Shown one piece after another: positions 33,894 to 43,887 of a DNA stretch of 64,000 nt. A program made the position numbers and the translations under genes. The notes beneath the pieces were generated by a model. That model did not search any database. It had not been told where the DNA came from and was given only the letters and a program-made list of their open reading frames with translations. This DNA is from an uncultured Thermoleophilia bacterium (lineage in GTDB: Bacteria; Actinomycetota; Thermoleophilia; UBA2241), in the NCBI GenBank assembly GCA_963702475.1, contig CAVPCT010000003.1, positions 1,024,001-1,088,000 on the forward strand, read 5' to 3'. Positions within the stretch are counted from its first letter, which is position 1. Each line of letters begins with the position of its first letter.

Positions 33894-34636
33894 GCGGTGG
33901 GGGTGGGGCGGCGGGCGCCGGCGGGCCGCCGGCCGGGGCCGCCGGCGAGCGCCCGAGCCGCGTGGACCTTCGCGCTCTCCGGACTGCGCAGGACCTCGCG
34001 CGCCTGGCCGCGGACGTGACCGCCGCGCGCCTCGTCTGCTTCCCTACCGACACCGTGTACGGGGTCGGCGGCGCGCTCACGCCGGCCGTCGCCGCGGCCG
34101 TCATCGCCGCCAAGGGGCGCGATGAGGGCAAGCCGCTGCAGGTCGTGTACCCGGCCCTCGAACTGCTGCGGACGGCGGTCCCGCTCGGCCCGCGCCTCAC
34201 GGACGCCGTGCGGCGTCTGCTGCCCGGGCCGTTCACGCTGTTGGTGCCGTATCCGGCCGGTCTCGAGTTCCCGCCCCCGGGCAGCGTGACGCACGAGACG
34301 CCCGGCGGCGCCTCCCGTGAGGTGCTGACCCTGGGCGTGCGCGTCCCACGCTGGCCGGCCGGCGCGGCTGCGCTGGCCGGCCTGCCCTTCGCGCTGCTCG
34401 CCTCGAGCGCGAACCCGAGCGGAGGGGTCGCTCCCGGCAGCCTCGGCGCCGTCGACCCGGGGCTGCTCGCGTCCTGCGACCTCGTGCTCGACGCCGGCTG
34501 TGTGGGCGGGCTCGCCTCCACGGTGCTCGACCTGAGCGAGTACGAGGCGACCGGCAGGTGGCAGGTGCTGCGCCGGGGTGCCGTGGCCGAGGATGAGGTG
34601 GCGGCGCTCCTGGCGGCGCCCTACGAAGGAGCATGA
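33890..34636 (+). CDS. tsaC: L-threonylcarbamoyladenylate synthase (TsaC/Sua5 family)
   Basis: [11 protein letters not shown]...KPL, PGPFT, GVRVP, SSANPSG, STVLD. Confidence 0.88.
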   Translation: MSGGGGAAGAGGPPAGAAGERPSRVDLRALRTAQDLARLAADVTAARLVCFPTDTVYGVGGALTPAVAAAVIAAKGRDEGKPLQVVYPALELLRTAVPLGPRLTDAVRRLLPGPFTLLVPYPAGLEFPPPGSVTHETPGGASREVLTLGVRVPRWPAGAAALAGLPFALLASSANPSGGVAPGSLGAVDPGLLASCDLVLDAGCVGGLASTVLDLSEYEATGRWQVLRRGAVAEDEVAALLAAPYEGA

Positions 34637-34637
34637 G

Positions 34638-35540
34638 ATGAGCCGACTGCTGTCGTTCGTACAGGTGGACGTGTTCGCCGAGCGCGCCCTGGCCGGCAAC
34701 CCGCTGGCCGTGTTCCCCGACGCCGCGGGGCTCACCGGGGAGGAGATGCAGGCCATCGCCCGTGAGATGAACCTGTCCGAGACGACGTTCGTGACGCCGC
34801 CGGAGGGGGACGGGTCGGCGCGCGTGCGCATCTTCACCCCCGAACTGGAGCTGCCGTTCGCCGGCCACCCGAGCGTGGGCACGGCCTGCGAGCTGGTGCG
34901 CCTCGGAGTGGTGGAGGCTCGCGAGCGGGTCGTCCCGGTGGTGCTCGAGCTCGGTGTCGGTCCGACGCTGGTCGAGGTCGAGATGGTGGGAGGAGCGCCG
35001 GTGGGCGCGACGGTCCACCAGGGGGTGCCGCGTTACGGCGCCGAGGTGCCCCGCGCCCGGGCCGCGGAGCTCTTCGGTCTCGGCCCGGACGACCTGCACC
35101 CGGAGCTGCAGCCGTCCGTGGTGGACACGGGGCTCGCCTACGCGATCGTGCCACTGCGCGACCGCGCCACGCTCGCGGCGCTCAGCCCCGTCCTCGGCCT
35201 GTTCTCGGCCTTCGAACACGAGTACGCCGAGGTTTACGCCTGCGCCTTCACAGGCGAGGACTCGCCGTGGGTCGAGGCCCGAGGTCTGTTCCCCAACTCG
35301 GGCATCCCGGAGGACCCGGCCACGGGGAGCGCCGCCGGGCCTCTGGCGGCGTACATGGCGCGCGCCGGACGCCTGCCGCCGGGCGAGCGGCGGGTCGTGC
35401 TCCAGGGCGCCCGCATCGGCCGCCCGAGCCATCTGACGGTGGCCGTGGAGGGCGATGCGGACGACATCACCGACGTGCTGGTGGGCGGCCGGGTGTACCC
35501 CGTCTTGCGCGGAGAGATGGAGCTGCCGGACCGCGCCTGA
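34638..35540 (+). CDS. PhzF family isomerase
   Basis: VDVF...GNP, MQAIAREMNLSETTF, RIFTP..ELPFAGHP, EDPATGSA. Confidence 0.93.
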   Translation: MSRLLSFVQVDVFAERALAGNPLAVFPDAAGLTGEEMQAIAREMNLSETTFVTPPEGDGSARVRIFTPELELPFAGHPSVGTACELVRLGVVEARERVVPVVLELGVGPTLVEVEMVGGAPVGATVHQGVPRYGAEVPRARAAELFGLGPDDLHPELQPSVVDTGLAYAIVPLRDRATLAALSPVLGLFSAFEHEYAEVYACAFTGEDSPWVEARGLFPNSGIPEDPATGSAAGPLAAYMARAGRLPPGERRVVLQGARIGRPSHLTVAVEGDADDITDVLVGGRVYPVLRGEMELPDRA

Positions 35541-35548
35541 GCGGACGT

Positions 35549-35578
35549 CCGCCCGGGCCGCGCGGCCGGCCCGGGCGG
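35549..35578 (+). terminator. GC-rich stem-loop after phzF-like gene
   Basis: 12-bp perfect inverted repeat CCGCCCGGGCCG / CGGCCCGGGCGG, 6-nt loop, no U-tract. Confidence 0.4.
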
Positions 35579-35763
35579 CGATGCCGACGACCTGGGGGTC
35601 GCAGGCGCCGGCTCACCGGGCGGCGTGGCCCGCGGGACCCGCGGGCGGCGGCCGCCGCAAGCCGGAGGCCGGCCCTCCGGGCTGGTAACATAAGGCGTTC
35701 CAGACAGGGCCGCGGCGCTGCGTCGGCGGCCCTCCCGCACGCCGCCGAGCGAAAGGACCCGTC

Positions 35764-36210
35764 GTGAAGATCGCCGCAGGAGCCGACCATGGCGGTTTCG
35801 CCCTCAAACAGGCCGTGGTGCGCCGCCTGCGCTCGCAGGGACACGAGGTCGTCGACGTGGGCACCGACTCCGAAGAGGTCTCGGTCGACTACCCGGACTT
35901 CGGCCACAAGGTCGCGGCCATGGTGGCCGCCGACGAGGCCGAGCGGGGCATCCTCTGCTGCGGCACGGGGCTCGGCATCTGCATGACCGCCAACCGGCAC
36001 GCCGGGGTGCGCGCCGCCGACTGCTTCACGCCGCACCTTGCGGAGATGGCGCGCCGCCACAACGACGCCAACGTGCTCTGCATGGGCGGGCGCATCCTCA
36101 GCGAGGACGAGGCCTGGGCCATCACCGAGGTGTTCCTGAGCACGCCGTTCGAGGGCGGCCGCCACGAACGCCGCATCGCCCACATCGAGCTGGAGGAGCC
36201 CGCCTCGTGA
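35764..36210 (+). CDS. rpiB: Ribose 5-phosphate isomerase B
   Basis: DHGG, VDYPD, CGTGLG, ARRHNDANVL, FEGGRHERR. Confidence 0.95.
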   Translation: MKIAAGADHGGFALKQAVVRRLRSQGHEVVDVGTDSEEVSVDYPDFGHKVAAMVAADEAERGILCCGTGLGICMTANRHAGVRAADCFTPHLAEMARRHNDANVLCMGGRILSEDEAWAITEVFLSTPFEGGRHERRIAHIELEEPAS

Positions 36211-37475
36211 GCCCTGTCGGCCGCGAGTGGCGGCGTGAGCCCCTCTACCACCTCGACCCGGAGCTCAACGAGCTGCTGCGGCTCGAGCTCATCCGTCAGC
36301 AGGAGACCCTGGAGCTCATCGCCAGCGAGAACTTCGCCAGCCGCGCGGTGCTCGAGGCCACCGGCTCCGTGCTGACCAACAAGTACGCTGAGGGCGTGCC
36401 GGGAGCCCGGTACTACGGCGGCTGCGACATCGTCGACCGTGTCGAGCAGCTCGCCATCGACCGCTGCAAGGCGCTGTTCGGGGCCGAGCACGTCAACGTG
36501 CAGCCGCACTCGGGGTCGTCGGCCAACCTCGCCGCGCTCTTCGCCGTCATGGAGCCCGGCGACACGCTCCTGGCCCTGGAGCTCACCCACGGCGGGCACC
36601 TCACGCACGGCATGGCGCTCAACTACTCGGGCCGCACGTACAAGGTCGTGCCCTACCACGTGTGCCGCGACACCGAGACCATCGACTACGACGAGGTCCG
36701 CGCGCTGGCGCTCGAGCACCGTCCGAGGCTCATCATCTGCGGCTACAGCGCGTACCCCCGCATCGTCGACTGGGCCGCCTTCCGGGCCATCGCCGACGAG
36801 GCGGGTTCCCTGCTGCTCGCCGACATCGCCCACATCGCCGGGCTCATCGCCGCCGGGATGCACCCCAACCCCGTGCCGCACTGCGACATCGTCACCAGCA
36901 CCACCCACAAGACGCTCACGGGGCCGCGCGCGGGGCTCATCATGTGCAGGTCCGAGTACGCCCGGGCGATCGACAAGGCGGTGTTCCCCGGCATGCAGGG
37001 CGGCCCGCTCATGCACGTCATCGCCGCCAAGGCGGCCTGTCTCAAGATCGCCCAGAGCGAGCAGTTCCACAGGCTCCAGCGGCAGATCGTCGCCAACTGC
37101 GCCGTACTGGCGCAGACCCTGGCCGACGGCGGACTGCGCCTCGTCTCCGGCGGCACCGACGTCCACCTCGCGCTGCTCGACCTGCGCGGCACCGGCCTCA
37201 CGGGCCTGCAGTACCAGGAGCTGCTCGAGAGCGTGAGCATCACGGCCAACCGCAACGTGGTGCCGTTCGAGGAGGGCTCCTTCAACGTGGCCAGCGGCCT
37301 GCGCGTCGGCTCGCCGGCGGTGAGTACGCGCGGCTTCATGGAGGCCGAGATGCGCCAGACCGGCGAGCTCATGCTGCGCGCCCTCGGGGCGCGCGACAAC
37401 GAGGCTGCGCTCGCCGAGATCCGTCGCGAGGTGCTCGATCTGCTCGACCGCTTCCCGCTCTACGAGTTCCTGTGA
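36207..37475 (+). CDS. glyA: Serine hydroxymethyltransferase
   Basis: [41 protein letters not shown]. Confidence 0.97.
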   Translation: MSPVGREWRREPLYHLDPELNELLRLELIRQQETLELIASENFASRAVLEATGSVLTNKYAEGVPGARYYGGCDIVDRVEQLAIDRCKALFGAEHVNVQPHSGSSANLAALFAVMEPGDTLLALELTHGGHLTHGMALNYSGRTYKVVPYHVCRDTETIDYDEVRALALEHRPRLIICGYSAYPRIVDWAAFRAIADEAGSLLLADIAHIAGLIAAGMHPNPVPHCDIVTSTTHKTLTGPRAGLIMCRSEYARAIDKAVFPGMQGGPLMHVIAAKAACLKIAQSEQFHRLQRQIVANCAVLAQTLADGGLRLVSGGTDVHLALLDLRGTGLTGLQYQELLESVSITANRNVVPFEEGSFNVASGLRVGSPAVSTRGFMEAEMRQTGELMLRALGARDNEAALAEIRREVLDLLDRFPLYEFL

Positions 37476-37936
37476 GCGCCGTCCACCACGATCGCCCCAG
37501 CTGGGACGAGTACTTCATGCAGCTCGCGCGTCAGGCGGCGACGCGCTCCACGTGCCTCCGGCGACAGGTGGGCGCCGTACTGGTCCGTGACAAGCGCATC
37601 CTCGCCACCGGCTACAACGGCGCCCCCCGCGGGGTCTCTCACTGCCTCGACATCGGCTGCCTGCGCGAGCAGCTCGGCATCCCGTCGGGGGAGCGGCAGG
37701 AGCTCTGCCGGGCCATCCACGCGGAGCAGAACGCGGTGATACAGGCCGCCGTGCACGGCGTGGCCATCGAGGGCGCGACGCTGTACACCACTCTCCACCC
37801 TTGCGTGCTCTGCGCCAAGATCCTGATCAACTGCGGCGTGAGCGAGATCCACTACGTCGAGGGCTACCCCGACGATCTCTCGCGGGAGCTGCTGGCCGAG
37901 GCCGGCGTGGCACTGCACAAGGAGACCCTGCCATAG
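37472..37936 (+). CDS. Cytidine/deoxycytidylate (dCMP) deaminase family protein
   Basis: [34 protein letters not shown]. Confidence 0.92.
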   Translation: MSAVHHDRPSWDEYFMQLARQAATRSTCLRRQVGAVLVRDKRILATGYNGAPRGVSHCLDIGCLREQLGIPSGERQELCRAIHAEQNAVIQAAVHGVAIEGATLYTTLHPCVLCAKILINCGVSEIHYVEGYPDDLSRELLAEAGVALHKETLP

Positions 37937-39216
37937 ACGGTCCCCTGCTGCTGGACAGCCCGGTGCGCACCGCGATCCTGGGCTTCCTGGTCGCGGCCGC
38001 GCTGGTCTTCGTGCTCACCCCGCTGATGAGCCGCCTGGCGCATCGCACCGGCGCCATCGACACGCCCACCGACGGTCGGCGCATGCACGAGATGGCCATG
38101 CCGCTCCTCGGCGGCCTCGGCATCTACCTGGCGTGGATGGTCTCCGTGATGGTCTTCGTCAAGGTCGACCGGCCGGTGTGGGGCATCATCGGCGGTGCGA
38201 CCATCGTGGTGGCCGTCGGGCTCTTCGACGACCTGTACGAGCTCGAGCCCATCGTCAAGTTCATCGGCCAGCTCCTCGCCATAGGCGTGGCCATCTACTT
38301 CGACATCCAGGTCAACCGCATCGGTATCCCGTTCACCGACCTGATGTGGTACCTGCACCCGGTGGTCTCCGTCGTCGTGACCGCCTTCTGGATGGCGATG
38401 ATCGTCAACATGGTGAACTTCATCGACGGGCTGGACGGGCTCGCCGCCGGGGTCTGCGGCATCTCGGCGCTCACCTTCTGCATCATCTCGCTGAGCACCA
38501 ACTTCCCGGCGGCCGGTGTCGTCGCCGCCATCCTCGCGGGCGCTACGTTCGCCTTCCTGCGCTTCAACTTCCACCCGGCCAGCATCTTCATGGGCGACGC
38601 CGGCTCGATGCTGCTCGGGTTCGTCCTCGCCTGTCTCAGCGTCCAGAGCGTGATGAAGGGGACGGCGGCCATCGCCCTCGTCCTGCCGCTTCTCGTGCTC
38701 GGCGTACCGTTCGTCGACCTCTTCCTCATCGTGTGGCGCCGCTGGCAGCGGGGGGTGCCGTTCTACTCGCCGGGCCAGGATCACGTGCACCACGACCTCG
38801 TGCTGGTGCACGGCTTCTCGCAGCGCAAGAGCGTGCTGCTGTTGTACACGTGGTGCATCCTGCTCAGCGGCCTCGCGATCGCCATCCAGCGCGAGAACAG
38901 CTGGGGCAAGATCCTGTTGGGGATCGGCGCCACCGTGGCGACGGTCTACATGCTGCAGCTGCTCAGCCGGTATCGTCTCAACCAGCGCGGCCTGCCGGAC
39001 CCCCTGGCGCCGGGCGTGGGCAAGAACCCGCCGCTGTCGGAGGCACCCGCTGTGACGTCGGGCGGTCCCGCCCCCGGTCCCGGTGACAACGGTCGCCGCT
39101 CACCGGCGACCCCAGACGATGCGGCGACCGGCGACGCCGCGGCCGCGGCTCCGCGGGACAGCCGAGCGCCGGCTGACAGCGAGACGCCGCCGGACGCGCC
39201 GTCCCCCGGCGCCTGA
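37933..39216 (+). CDS. MraY-family polyprenyl-phosphate GlcNAc-1-P transferase (TagO/WecA-like); start uncertain (ATA 37933 or GTG 37963)
   Basis: [43 protein letters not shown]. Confidence 0.9.
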   Translation: MDGPLLLDSPVRTAILGFLVAAALVFVLTPLMSRLAHRTGAIDTPTDGRRMHEMAMPLLGGLGIYLAWMVSVMVFVKVDRPVWGIIGGATIVVAVGLFDDLYELEPIVKFIGQLLAIGVAIYFDIQVNRIGIPFTDLMWYLHPVVSVVVTAFWMAMIVNMVNFIDGLDGLAAGVCGISALTFCIISLSTNFPAAGVVAAILAGATFAFLRFNFHPASIFMGDAGSMLLGFVLACLSVQSVMKGTAAIALVLPLLVLGVPFVDLFLIVWRRWQRGVPFYSPGQDHVHHDLVLVHGFSQRKSVLLLYTWCILLSGLAIAIQRENSWGKILLGIGATVATVYMLQLLSRYRLNQRGLPDPLAPGVGKNPPLSEAPAVTSGGPAPGPGDNGRRSPATPDDAATGDAAAAAPRDSRAPADSETPPDAPSPGA

Positions 39217-39233
39217 CCGGCTCTTGCGGCGGC

Positions 39234-40520
39234 TCAGGCGGAGCCGCGGCCCAGGTGCGAGGCCAGGCGTGGGCCCCGCGTCCCGAGGCCGAGCTTGCGG
39301 CGCAGGTTCTTGCGGTGGAACGACACGGTGGTGGGGGAGATGTACAGGGCCTCCGCGATCTCACTGGTGCTGCGGCCCTGCCTGATCAGGCCGGCGATCT
39401 CGCGCTCCCGCGGTGTGAGCTGCGCACCCCCCTCGCCGGCCGGGTTCAGCGCCTGCGCGAAGGGGCTGACGACCTCGCGCAGCGCCTGTGCGGCAGCCTC
39501 CAGGTAGATGGTCTCCGGCGTGCCGGCCAGCGGCTTGGCCAGGCGGCCGAGCATCGGCAGTACCATGGTCTCCACGTTGTCCGTGATGGTCCGCTCCAGC
39601 TCGGCCCGGTCGCGGTTGCGTTGCTCGAGGATCACGCGCAGCGCCGTGTTGCTGTCCGAGAGGGCGTCGGCCTGACGCCGCAGCGACGCCTCCGACTCCT
39701 CCAGGGCCAGGCGCAGGGTGCGGTGGTCGCTGATGTCCGTGCCGAGGGCGAAGCAGGTCGTGGCGCCGCGGAAGCGGCACGGGACCAGTGTCACCGTGAG
39801 CGCCTTGACGGCGCCGCCCAGCTCGAGCTCCAGCTCGAGCGAGGTGGCGGCGCCCGACGCCGTCGCGTCGCGCACCGCGGCGAGTGCGGCGCGGCCCCAC
39901 ACCTCGCCCACGCCGTGGCTCAGCAGCTGCGCGCGGCTCGTCTCCAGAAAGAGGACGCCGGCGGCGTTGGCGTCGACGAAACGGCCCCGTTCGTCGATCA
40001 GGTAGGCGGGGTTCACGGCGTTCTCGAAGAGCGTGCGGTACAGCTCGGCGGCTTCCAGCAGGGCCCGCTGCGCCTCGAGCTCGTGGGTGATGTCGCGGAT
40101 GGCGCCGACCATGTGCGTGACCGTGCCGTCCTCGTCCTTGAGCACCACGCCACGATCACTGACCTGGACGTAGGTACCGTCCTCGCGCCGCATGCGGTAC
40201 TCGTCGCGGTACAGGCCGCCCTCCTGCACGACGGTCTCCACCAGTCGCACGGTGGCCCCGCGGTCGTCGGGATGGAGCCGGTCGAGCCACGCCGCGAAGG
40301 CACGCGGCATGCCGTCGGGCGGTAGCCCGAGCAGCGCGTCCATCTGCGCCGAGAACTCCATGTAGCCTGTACGGATGTGCCAGTCGTAGTAGGCGTCGTA
40401 CACGGAGTCGACGAACGCGCTGAAGCGCGACTGCGCCGGCGGCCGGCGGTCGGGGCGCGGGATGGGGTCGTCCAGCGACGGCAGCGTGAAGGCGATCCGC
40501 GGCGTTTCTTGCGTGTCCAT
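39234..40520 (-). CDS. Tandem-PAS / LuxR-HTH transcriptional regulator
   Basis: PAS_3 (WLDRLHPDDR, EYRMRREDG), second PAS, coiled coil, LTPREREIA...STSEIAEALYISPTTVSFHRKNLRRKLG; divergent from the dehydrogenase operon. Confidence 0.92.
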   Translation of the reverse strand: MDTQETPRIAFTLPSLDDPIPRPDRRPPAQSRFSAFVDSVYDAYYDWHIRTGYMEFSAQMDALLGLPPDGMPRAFAAWLDRLHPDDRGATVRLVETVVQEGGLYRDEYRMRREDGTYVQVSDRGVVLKDEDGTVTHMVGAIRDITHELEAQRALLEAAELYRTLFENAVNPAYLIDERGRFVDANAAGVLFLETSRAQLLSHGVGEVWGRAALAAVRDATASGAATSLELELELGGAVKALTVTLVPCRFRGATTCFALGTDISDHRTLRLALEESEASLRRQADALSDSNTALRVILEQRNRDRAELERTITDNVETMVLPMLGRLAKPLAGTPETIYLEAAAQALREVVSPFAQALNPAGEGGAQLTPREREIAGLIRQGRSTSEIAEALYISPTTVSFHRKNLRRKLGLGTRGPRLASHLGRGSA

Positions 40521-40550
40521 GGTCCTCCCGGTGGCCGGTGAGGATGCACG

Positions 40551-40575
40551 TAGTGAGAGGCAAAGACTCTCAGTA
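40551..40575. promoter_or_regulatory. Palindromic candidate operator in divergent promoter
   Basis: TAgTGAGAG-N7-CTCTCAgTA; TAGACT -10-like hexamer further downstream near 40616. Confidence 0.45.
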
Positions 40576-40735
40576 GACCCCCATAGTACCCTCTTTTCTT
40601 CGTCGCGTCGGTCGCTAGACTCAGGGCGACCCGCCGGGCCTCCTCCCGCGCGAGCTCAGTCCCGTCACTCCCGAAGACCCAACGCCGCCGTGGCCTCCGC
40701 GGCCGGACCCGCCGCAGAAAGGAGTCGATGGATCA

Positions 40736-42271
40736 ATGGCAGTCGCACCGACCATCTACGGAGCCGTCACCGAAGAGGTGATCGCCGAGCTCAGGGCGCT
40801 GCTCGGCGAGGAGAACGTGCTCACCGACCTGCACGAGCGGGCCATGCGCGCCTTCAACTGCGCACCGGCGCCGCTCCACCGCTGGGCCGACCAGACGCCC
40901 GACGTGGTGGTGCTGCCGGGCGGCACCGACGACGTCGTCGCCATCCTCAAGCTCGCCGACGAGCATCGCATCCCGGTCACCCCGCGCGGCGGCGCCTCCG
41001 GCCTCGCCGACGGCGCCATGCCGCTGCGCAAGGGCATCTGCGTGGACATCAAGCGCATGAACGAGGTCTTCGAGATCGACGAGGAGAACTCGTGCGTCAC
41101 GGTGGGCACCGGTATCAACCCGCTCAAGCTCAACGAGATCCTCGAGCCGCTCGGCAAGTTCTTTCCGGACGACCTCGCCGGGTACGCCAACGCCGTCATC
41201 GGCGGGCGCATCGGCTGCGGCGGCTGGACGCTCATCGGCGGCCGCTACGGCCACATCCCCGACACCGTCATCAGCATGGAGTGCGTGCTGCCCAGCGGCG
41301 AGGTGATCTGGGTCGGCGGCGGCGGCACCAAGAAGGTCCGCAAGAGCTCCTCCGGGTACCGCCTCAAGGACCTCTTCATGCAGCACCAGGGCACGCTGTG
41401 CATCGTCACGCGCGCCGTGCTCGAGCTCTACCCCAAGCCCGAGGTGGAGTTCGCCGGCTACTTCGCCTTCGATAACTGGGACGACTCCTACGCCGCGCTC
41501 TACGACGTCACCACCAAGGGCTTCGGCACGATCTCCTCGGCGATGATCTTCGACGACCGCAAGATCGACTTCCTGCGCCGCGACGACGAGGCCTTCATTC
41601 CACTCCACAAGGACGTGAAGTTCGTCAATCTCTTCACGTTCTACGGCCTCAAGTGCGAGGTCGAGCCGGCCGTCAAGGAGGCCTTCCAGATCATGAAGAA
41701 GCGGGGCGGCACGTACCTCGGCCCCGAGCAGGGCGAGGGCGACTGGGCCTCGCGCCACGACCGCTACCACCTCTCGTACCACGGCCGCACGCCGGACGGG
41801 CAGGCCACCCTCATGAGCTGGCACTGCGAGGACACCGCCGCCGTGCACTCCGAGCTGCCGGCCCTGCGCGTCAAGTTCCACGAGATCGTCGACCGCTACA
41901 TGCAGGAGTACCCCGGCGTGTTCGACGACTGGGGCATCTTCATCTACACCAGCAACCCCTTCAAAGGCTGGGGCGACTATCTCATCGAGATCGACGTGGG
42001 GGTCGCGGAACTGCAGTACAACGACGAGACCTGGGACGCCTGGATACGCATGAAGAAGGAGATCGCCAACGCTGCCGTGGACCACGACGCGTCGGTCTCC
42101 ATCTGCCACGGCTCCTGTCGCGAGGGCGACGACGACGTGGCCATGCACCGCGAGATGTCCAACGGCCAGTTCGAGATCATGAAGAAGATCAAGCGCCTCA
42201 TCGACCCCAACAACATCATGAACCCCGGCAAGTACTGCCTGGACGAGGCGTACGACGAGGTGTCCCGATGA
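40736..42271 (+). CDS. FAD-binding oxidoreductase (VAO/PCMH fold, GlcD/AGPS-like)
   Basis: PDVVVLP, IPVTPRGGASG, GTLCIVT, IKRLIDPNNIMNPGK. Confidence 0.9.
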   Translation: MAVAPTIYGAVTEEVIAELRALLGEENVLTDLHERAMRAFNCAPAPLHRWADQTPDVVVLPGGTDDVVAILKLADEHRIPVTPRGGASGLADGAMPLRKGICVDIKRMNEVFEIDEENSCVTVGTGINPLKLNEILEPLGKFFPDDLAGYANAVIGGRIGCGGWTLIGGRYGHIPDTVISMECVLPSGEVIWVGGGGTKKVRKSSSGYRLKDLFMQHQGTLCIVTRAVLELYPKPEVEFAGYFAFDNWDDSYAALYDVTTKGFGTISSAMIFDDRKIDFLRRDDEAFIPLHKDVKFVNLFTFYGLKCEVEPAVKEAFQIMKKRGGTYLGPEQGEGDWASRHDRYHLSYHGRTPDGQATLMSWHCEDTAAVHSELPALRVKFHEIVDRYMQEYPGVFDDWGIFIYTSNPFKGWGDYLIEIDVGVAELQYNDETWDAWIRMKKEIANAAVDHDASVSICHGSCREGDDDVAMHREMSNGQFEIMKKIKRLIDPNNIMNPGKYCLDEAYDEVSR

Positions 42272-43509
42272 CGTACCAACTCAGCAAGAAGGAGTTCTAC
42301 GCCGAGCCGCTCGCCAAGGCCACGGGTATCTCGGAGGAGTTCGTCAAGGAGGCCTACCTGGTGTTCGCGTGCAGGCACAAGTTCTGCCGCGACATCTGCC
42401 CGAACTTCGACCTCACGCGCCTGGAGGAGCACACCTCCTACGGCTTCCACACCGCGATCCTGGCCGTGAGCCGGGGCGTGGGCGACCTGGGCCAGCTGCT
42501 CGACGACTTCACCTACTGCCTCGAGTGCGGCGCCTGCGAGCTGCGCTGCCCCAACACGTCCATGGGCGGCGACTTCTACAGGCGCTCCACCACCACCGTC
42601 GACATGGTGCGCAAGGTGCGCCGCGACCTGGTCGCCGACGGCGGCGCCATCCAGGACTGGGCCGCGGTCAAGGAGTACCTGGACGAGCACCGCGGCTTCG
42701 TCGCGAGCCAGGGCGACCTGGTCACCAAGTGGGCCGAGGGCATCAAGCTCGCGGGAGACATGAAGACGGCCCTCTTCGTGGACTTCTTCACGGCCACGCA
42801 GGGCACGGAGGTGCCCAGACTGGCCGCGCAGATCCTCGCCAAGCTCGGCGTCAAGATCGGCGTGTACGCCACGCCCGGCGTCACCGCGCCCGAGCTGCTC
42901 AGCGAGGACGACGAGGAGTGGAAGAAGTACGCCGCCGAGAACGTGGAGAGCTTCAAGGCGCTGGGCGTCAAGACGCTCGTCGTCGCCAGCCCGCACGACT
43001 ACGCGCTGTTCGTCCGCGAGTATCCCAAGTGGTTCGAGATGGGCGACCTGGAGGTCGTCTTCGTGACCGACTTCATCCTGCGCAAGATGAAGGAGAAGGG
43101 CGTCACGCCGTCTGTCGCCGTGGAGGGTCGGTTCGCCTACCACGACCCGTGCACGCTCAACAAGCTCGTGGTCGAGGCCGACTCGCCGCGTGACCTCATC
43201 GCCATGGTGCCGGGCGCGGAGATCGTCGACGTGATGCCGGGCAACCAGTGGCGGTACTGCTGCGGCAACGGCAACGGGCCCTATCGCAAGCTGCACCCGG
43301 ACATCGCCTACCGCATCGGCCAGAAGCGCCTGCGCGCCGCGGCCGACCTGGGCGCCGACACCATCCTCGTCGCCTGCCCGCACTGCAAGGACCAGTTCAC
43401 CGACGTCAAGGCGAAGGCCGGTCTCCCCGTGGAGCCGGTGCACGTACTCGAGGTCGTCGCCAAGTCGATGGGTATCGACTGGACGACCACGTCGCCGACG
43501 GTCGGCTGA
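42268..43509 (+). CDS. Fe-S / CCG-domain protein (GlcF/GlpC-like)
   Basis: CRHKFCRDICP, CLECGACELRCP, YHDPC, CCG, ACPHC; ATGA overlap. Confidence 0.88.
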   Translation: MTYQLSKKEFYAEPLAKATGISEEFVKEAYLVFACRHKFCRDICPNFDLTRLEEHTSYGFHTAILAVSRGVGDLGQLLDDFTYCLECGACELRCPNTSMGGDFYRRSTTTVDMVRKVRRDLVADGGAIQDWAAVKEYLDEHRGFVASQGDLVTKWAEGIKLAGDMKTALFVDFFTATQGTEVPRLAAQILAKLGVKIGVYATPGVTAPELLSEDDEEWKKYAAENVESFKALGVKTLVVASPHDYALFVREYPKWFEMGDLEVVFVTDFILRKMKEKGVTPSVAVEGRFAYHDPCTLNKLVVEADSPRDLIAMVPGAEIVDVMPGNQWRYCCGNGNGPYRKLHPDIAYRIGQKRLRAAADLGADTILVACPHCKDQFTDVKAKAGLPVEPVHVLEVVAKSMGIDWTTTSPTVG

Positions 43510-43532
43510 GGCCGAGGGAGAGGAGAGCCGGC

Positions 43533-43736
43533 ATGGCTGAAGAGGTCATCTACAAGAACGGCGAGCTCGAGATCCTGCCCACGCGCATGGAGAAGTACAT
43601 CCAGCAGCAGCAGATGGACGAGGGTGAGCGCGAGCGCATCGTGCGCGCCAGGAGCATCCACCTGGACTGGTACCACCGCCACTTCGCCTACGAGATCCTC
43701 CCTCCGCCCGAAGGCGAGTGGGAGCCCCGCGCCTGA
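43533..43736 (+). CDS. Unrecognised 67-aa protein inside the dehydrogenase operon
   Basis: AGGAGA RBS, ATG 43533, GC3-biased codons; MAEEVIYKNGELEILPTRMEKYIQQQQMDEGERERIVRARSIHLDWYHRHFAYEILPPPEGEWEPRA. Confidence 0.75.
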   Translation: MAEEVIYKNGELEILPTRMEKYIQQQQMDEGERERIVRARSIHLDWYHRHFAYEILPPPEGEWEPRA

Positions 43737-43822
43737 CGAAGGCGCGGGGTCGACACGGGCGCGGCCGGGCGTCTCGGCCCCCCGCCGAGCCCGGGTCCGG
43801 CCCGGCCACACTCGCGGCCGCC

Positions 43823-43855
43823 GCCGGCGGAGCCCTTCATCAGGGCTCCGCCGGC
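43823..43855 (+). terminator. Intra-operon 14-bp stem-loop
   Basis: GCCGGCGGAGCCCT-tcatc-AGGGCTCCGCCGGC between the small gene and etfB. Confidence 0.45.
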
Positions 43856-43887
43856 CGGGCCGCCGACCGCCACCATCGGAGATCCGC

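Noticed and set aside
35541-35763. Riboswitch (ZTP/glycine) upstream of rpiB-glyA
   Set aside because: GC-rich hairpins and a TGGTAACAT promoter-like box are present, but no consensus aptamer motif was recognised; an Rfam scan would be needed
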